Source of the DNA: Chlorokybus atmophyticus
Taxonomy: Eukaryota > Plantae > Mesostigma and Chlorokybus algae
Direction: 5' to 3'
NCBI GenBank assembly: GCA_009103225.1
Contig: RHPI01000193.1
Location: 62,001-126,000 of the forward strand
DNA length: 64,000 nucleotides
Part shown: positions 61,350 to 64,000 of the stretch, one piece after another
Layout of the letters: each line of letters starts with the position of its first letter
Position numbering within the stretch: position 1 is the stretch's first letter
Position numbers and translations under genes: made by a program
Notes under the pieces: model-generated
What the model was told of the DNA's origin: nothing
The model's database searches: none
What the model saw: only the letters and a program-made list of their open reading frames with translations

Positions 61350-61921
61350 ATGACTTGGTGCAACTTGAACGCCAAGTCACAACTACGGTAGTTGAAAGGA
61401 TTAAAAAACGTTATGTGCCGGTCCGGTTGATAGCACGAGGGCATGTCGACTTACGTCCCGCGTTTTTGATGCACATTGTGGGGGACTGTGGTTATGGTAG
61501 TCGCTTTAGGTGTTTCCATCTTTGAGACGATTGCGATATAACGCAGTCTATGTATAAGATTGTCATGATGGGATCATGGATATTAGTGAACGTTGTAAAT
61601 TTCGAACTTTTAAAGTGAATGGATGAAGTTTCAAATCTGATTAATATATGGTCACAATATATTGATACGGTATCAATGTATTGTATGCGATGGATTTGTG
61701 CCAGCAATGAATGAAGCAAGCACTTCCAATATAGGGAGGATGATGGTGATGAGGAGGATTAACAACGCCGTTATTTGAGAAGTGAGTATCATGACATAAT
61801 TTGTTGAATGTATTACATATTGCTAACATTTCATAATAACATGTACTTGTGGCTTATGTACACTGTACAGCAATACATTGTCATTATATACTTTCAGTTA
61901 GTGAATTGTACACCAGGAGTT

Positions 61922-63866
61922 ATGCCCGCAATGGATGCAATGGGCCCCACTCATGAGGCAGAAGAGCAACGCAGACGACAACTGAATGCAAATGTTGCAC
62001 GACCACGCGAGTACCGCGCAAAACAAAAAGGTGCTGCAATGCAATAGCAACGCAAGGCAGATGAGGAATCGCAAAAGCGACAGGAAGAGCTACGAAACAG
62101 AGAGGAAGAGCAAATGCGAATCGAGCATTCATCACAGCTGTCACATATTTATAACGCGCGACGGCGACGAAGCCTGCATGCTTAGACGCAGATAGCGTGC
62201 AGAGCACAGATGCAGTTCGGCACAGATGCAAAGCGTGATGCATGAAGCTGCGCAGCTTTAGCAACGTGCGTCGCAGTTGCAAAGTGTAATAGATGCACGA
62301 CAGCATTGGCACAATCTGATGCAGCGACAAAAACAGCGCATAGTTACCCAACAAGACAATGCACGTCGTAAAGTGCAATTGGAGCGTAGTCGCAAGCAGC
62401 ACACAGATGCCAAACGTATGGCCCGCGCACAAATTACGCCCGGTACGCTGAACGCATGGCCGCGGGACGTGCTGATGAGACGCCAGGGAAGCGGCATGAA
62501 TGTCTGTAGTCGATGGCATTTTGCACCACAGAGCAACGCGCAGACAAAACCCCGATCACGCATCAACAACGCTTAGATTTGGATGCGGTTGCTCATGCAG
62601 CCGCGCGCAAACAGTAGACCTCAAAACGAGAGCCGCAGCAACAGAAGCAGATGCAATAATCCGATGAACATCGCGCTTTGATCTAGTTGTATCACGAAAT
62701 TCAGCACGCCGTGCTGTATTTACGGAAGCAGACCTGCCGCCTGATGACCGCAGCAACTTGGGGGAGTGCATGACGTGTCCCAACTATCATGCTATCATCA
62801 AATAAGCAAAATAGGTGAAGCAGGGCGGCGGCTTCTCAAGTTGGTGTTAGAAGGGGAAATTGGACCTGCTGTCGCATTTTCCTCCTAAACCACGATTTTC
62901 AGACCTAACCCTTAATACATCACCTTTTTGTGGGTCAAGACTCTGCGGTTAAATCCTTCAAAGCGAACTCGCGGAGATTCAACAGCAATCAACCAATTGC
63001 AAGCCTATTCAACAAGGCAACTCGTAATATGCGACGTTCATCATGAAATAATTAGTGCCTATGTTATTTGCATAATTCGCATAACACACTTGTATATGTT
63101 GCTGGCATAAGAGACACGCCTGCTGGCGCGGGCAGTGTATCAGCCTTTATAGTGGAGGGGGCTTTCTACCCTCGCATGGGCCCGCTACGAGCGGATGCAG
63201 ATGCCGCAACTTGCGCAGCTGTATGTACCCAATCCAGATGATGTCGTCAACCGGCGCAGCTCACATCTTGGTTCAGCATGCTCTTGCAATGTATTGGATA
63301 AACTGCATTGTATGCTATAAAAGGAGAACAATTTCGTGTGTGAGTTTAGCAGCTGATGGACATACCTAGAAGGGGATGTCGCAAGTTACCGATTGATTAT
63401 TTGGACATACGGTGTACCTGACAAGCGGTATTGTGCGCCCACCGCCAATGAAGGGTTGGCAATGTTTATACTGGATAACCCTGATGAGCAGCAAAACCAA
63501 CACGAGCTAATTATTCGTCGATGGGTAATGAGCAGTGCATCACTGAACTATCATTGCCATAGTTGCAGTGTGCGATTTGATCTCATTATGATGCGTTTGT
63601 GATACGGGCTTTAGGGGGGGGAGCGATATAGCGTATCAGCAACCTCATTGGCGCATAAGATCCGCTGCACTTGTGCTATTCTACCCGTTCGGAGGAACGA
63701 GGTGGCATGACGACATCCCTTTGTGCTGTGGAGTTTGTTGTGAAGGCCGTCAACGGCGCACTGCACGTGAGGAGTTTACAAACAACGTTAATAAAGAAAA
63801 GCCCATGGCGCCAGCAGAGGAGCAAAGCGCAATACTGCTCGCGAGTACGCAACTTTCACAATAATG
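61922..63866 (+). mobile_element. Decayed Helitron Rep/helicase gene (N-terminal part, intron-containing; continues beyond the window)
   Basis: Ordered Helitron RepHel N-terminal motifs across stops and frameshifts: Q/R/E-rich leader (61922-62700); LGECMTCPNYHA...FSSWC*KGKLDL...PP (62758-62886); KSFKANSRRFNS (62951); FIVEGAFYPRMGPL and PQLAQLYV...NRR (63146-63260); KRYCAPTANE (63423); YPFGGTRWHDDIP (63682); TAREYATFTIM followed by a GTAAAC donor (63867). Confidence 0.8.
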
Positions 63867-63879
63867 GTAAACCACACAC

Positions 63880-63888
<9 letters not shown>

Positions 63889-63956
<68 letters not shown>
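63889..63956 (+). repeat. (TG)n microsatellite inside a probable Helitron intron
   Basis: Direct reading. It follows the donor at 63867. Confidence 0.97.
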
Positions 63957-63960
<4 letters not shown>

Positions 63961-64000
63961 CGTGTGTTTGCAATGGTATATTGTTTGGTTGTGCATATTT

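Overview
This is eukaryotic nuclear DNA from a green plant-lineage organism, most likely an early-diverging streptophyte alga such as Chlorokybus. That assignment is an inference from the plant-type RbcS loop, a plant-type BCL7, telo-boxes, and short GT-AG introns with CTRAC-like branch points. GC-rich, intron-containing genes alternate with AT-rich, decayed repeat or transposon DNA. I reconstructed ten protein-coding gene models by hand: (1) a 5'-truncated giant (>3380 aa) single-pass surface protein with 5 LamG modules, Big_9/cadherin-like repeats, REJ/PKD, a GPS-like motif and a Pro-rich stalk; (2) rbcS with a Q/N-rich C-terminal tail; (3) a BCL7-like SWI/SNF subunit; (4) a fungal-type GT2 glycan synthase; (5) an F-box-like/LRR/coiled-coil/PD-(D/E)xK nuclease; (6) eIF5B, with 22 exons, duplicated N-terminal exon cassettes and one GC-AG intron; (7) chloroplast ATP synthase gamma (atpC); (8) an LSD1 zinc finger + EAR + bZIP fusion; (9) a secreted Pro-rich protein with three copies of an unrecognised 4-Cys domain; (10) a 158-aa orphan. 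The window also holds a ~1.4 kb foldback inverted repeat, a decayed Helitron Rep gene at the right end, several perfect palindromes, long microsatellites and two N gaps. I see no rRNA, tRNA or CRISPR array. The strongest novelty candidates are the F-box/LRR nuclease, the LSD1-bZIP fusion, the RbcS tail, the polycystin-like giant receptor and the triple-domain secreted protein. All domain calls are by-eye motif recognition, not database searches.
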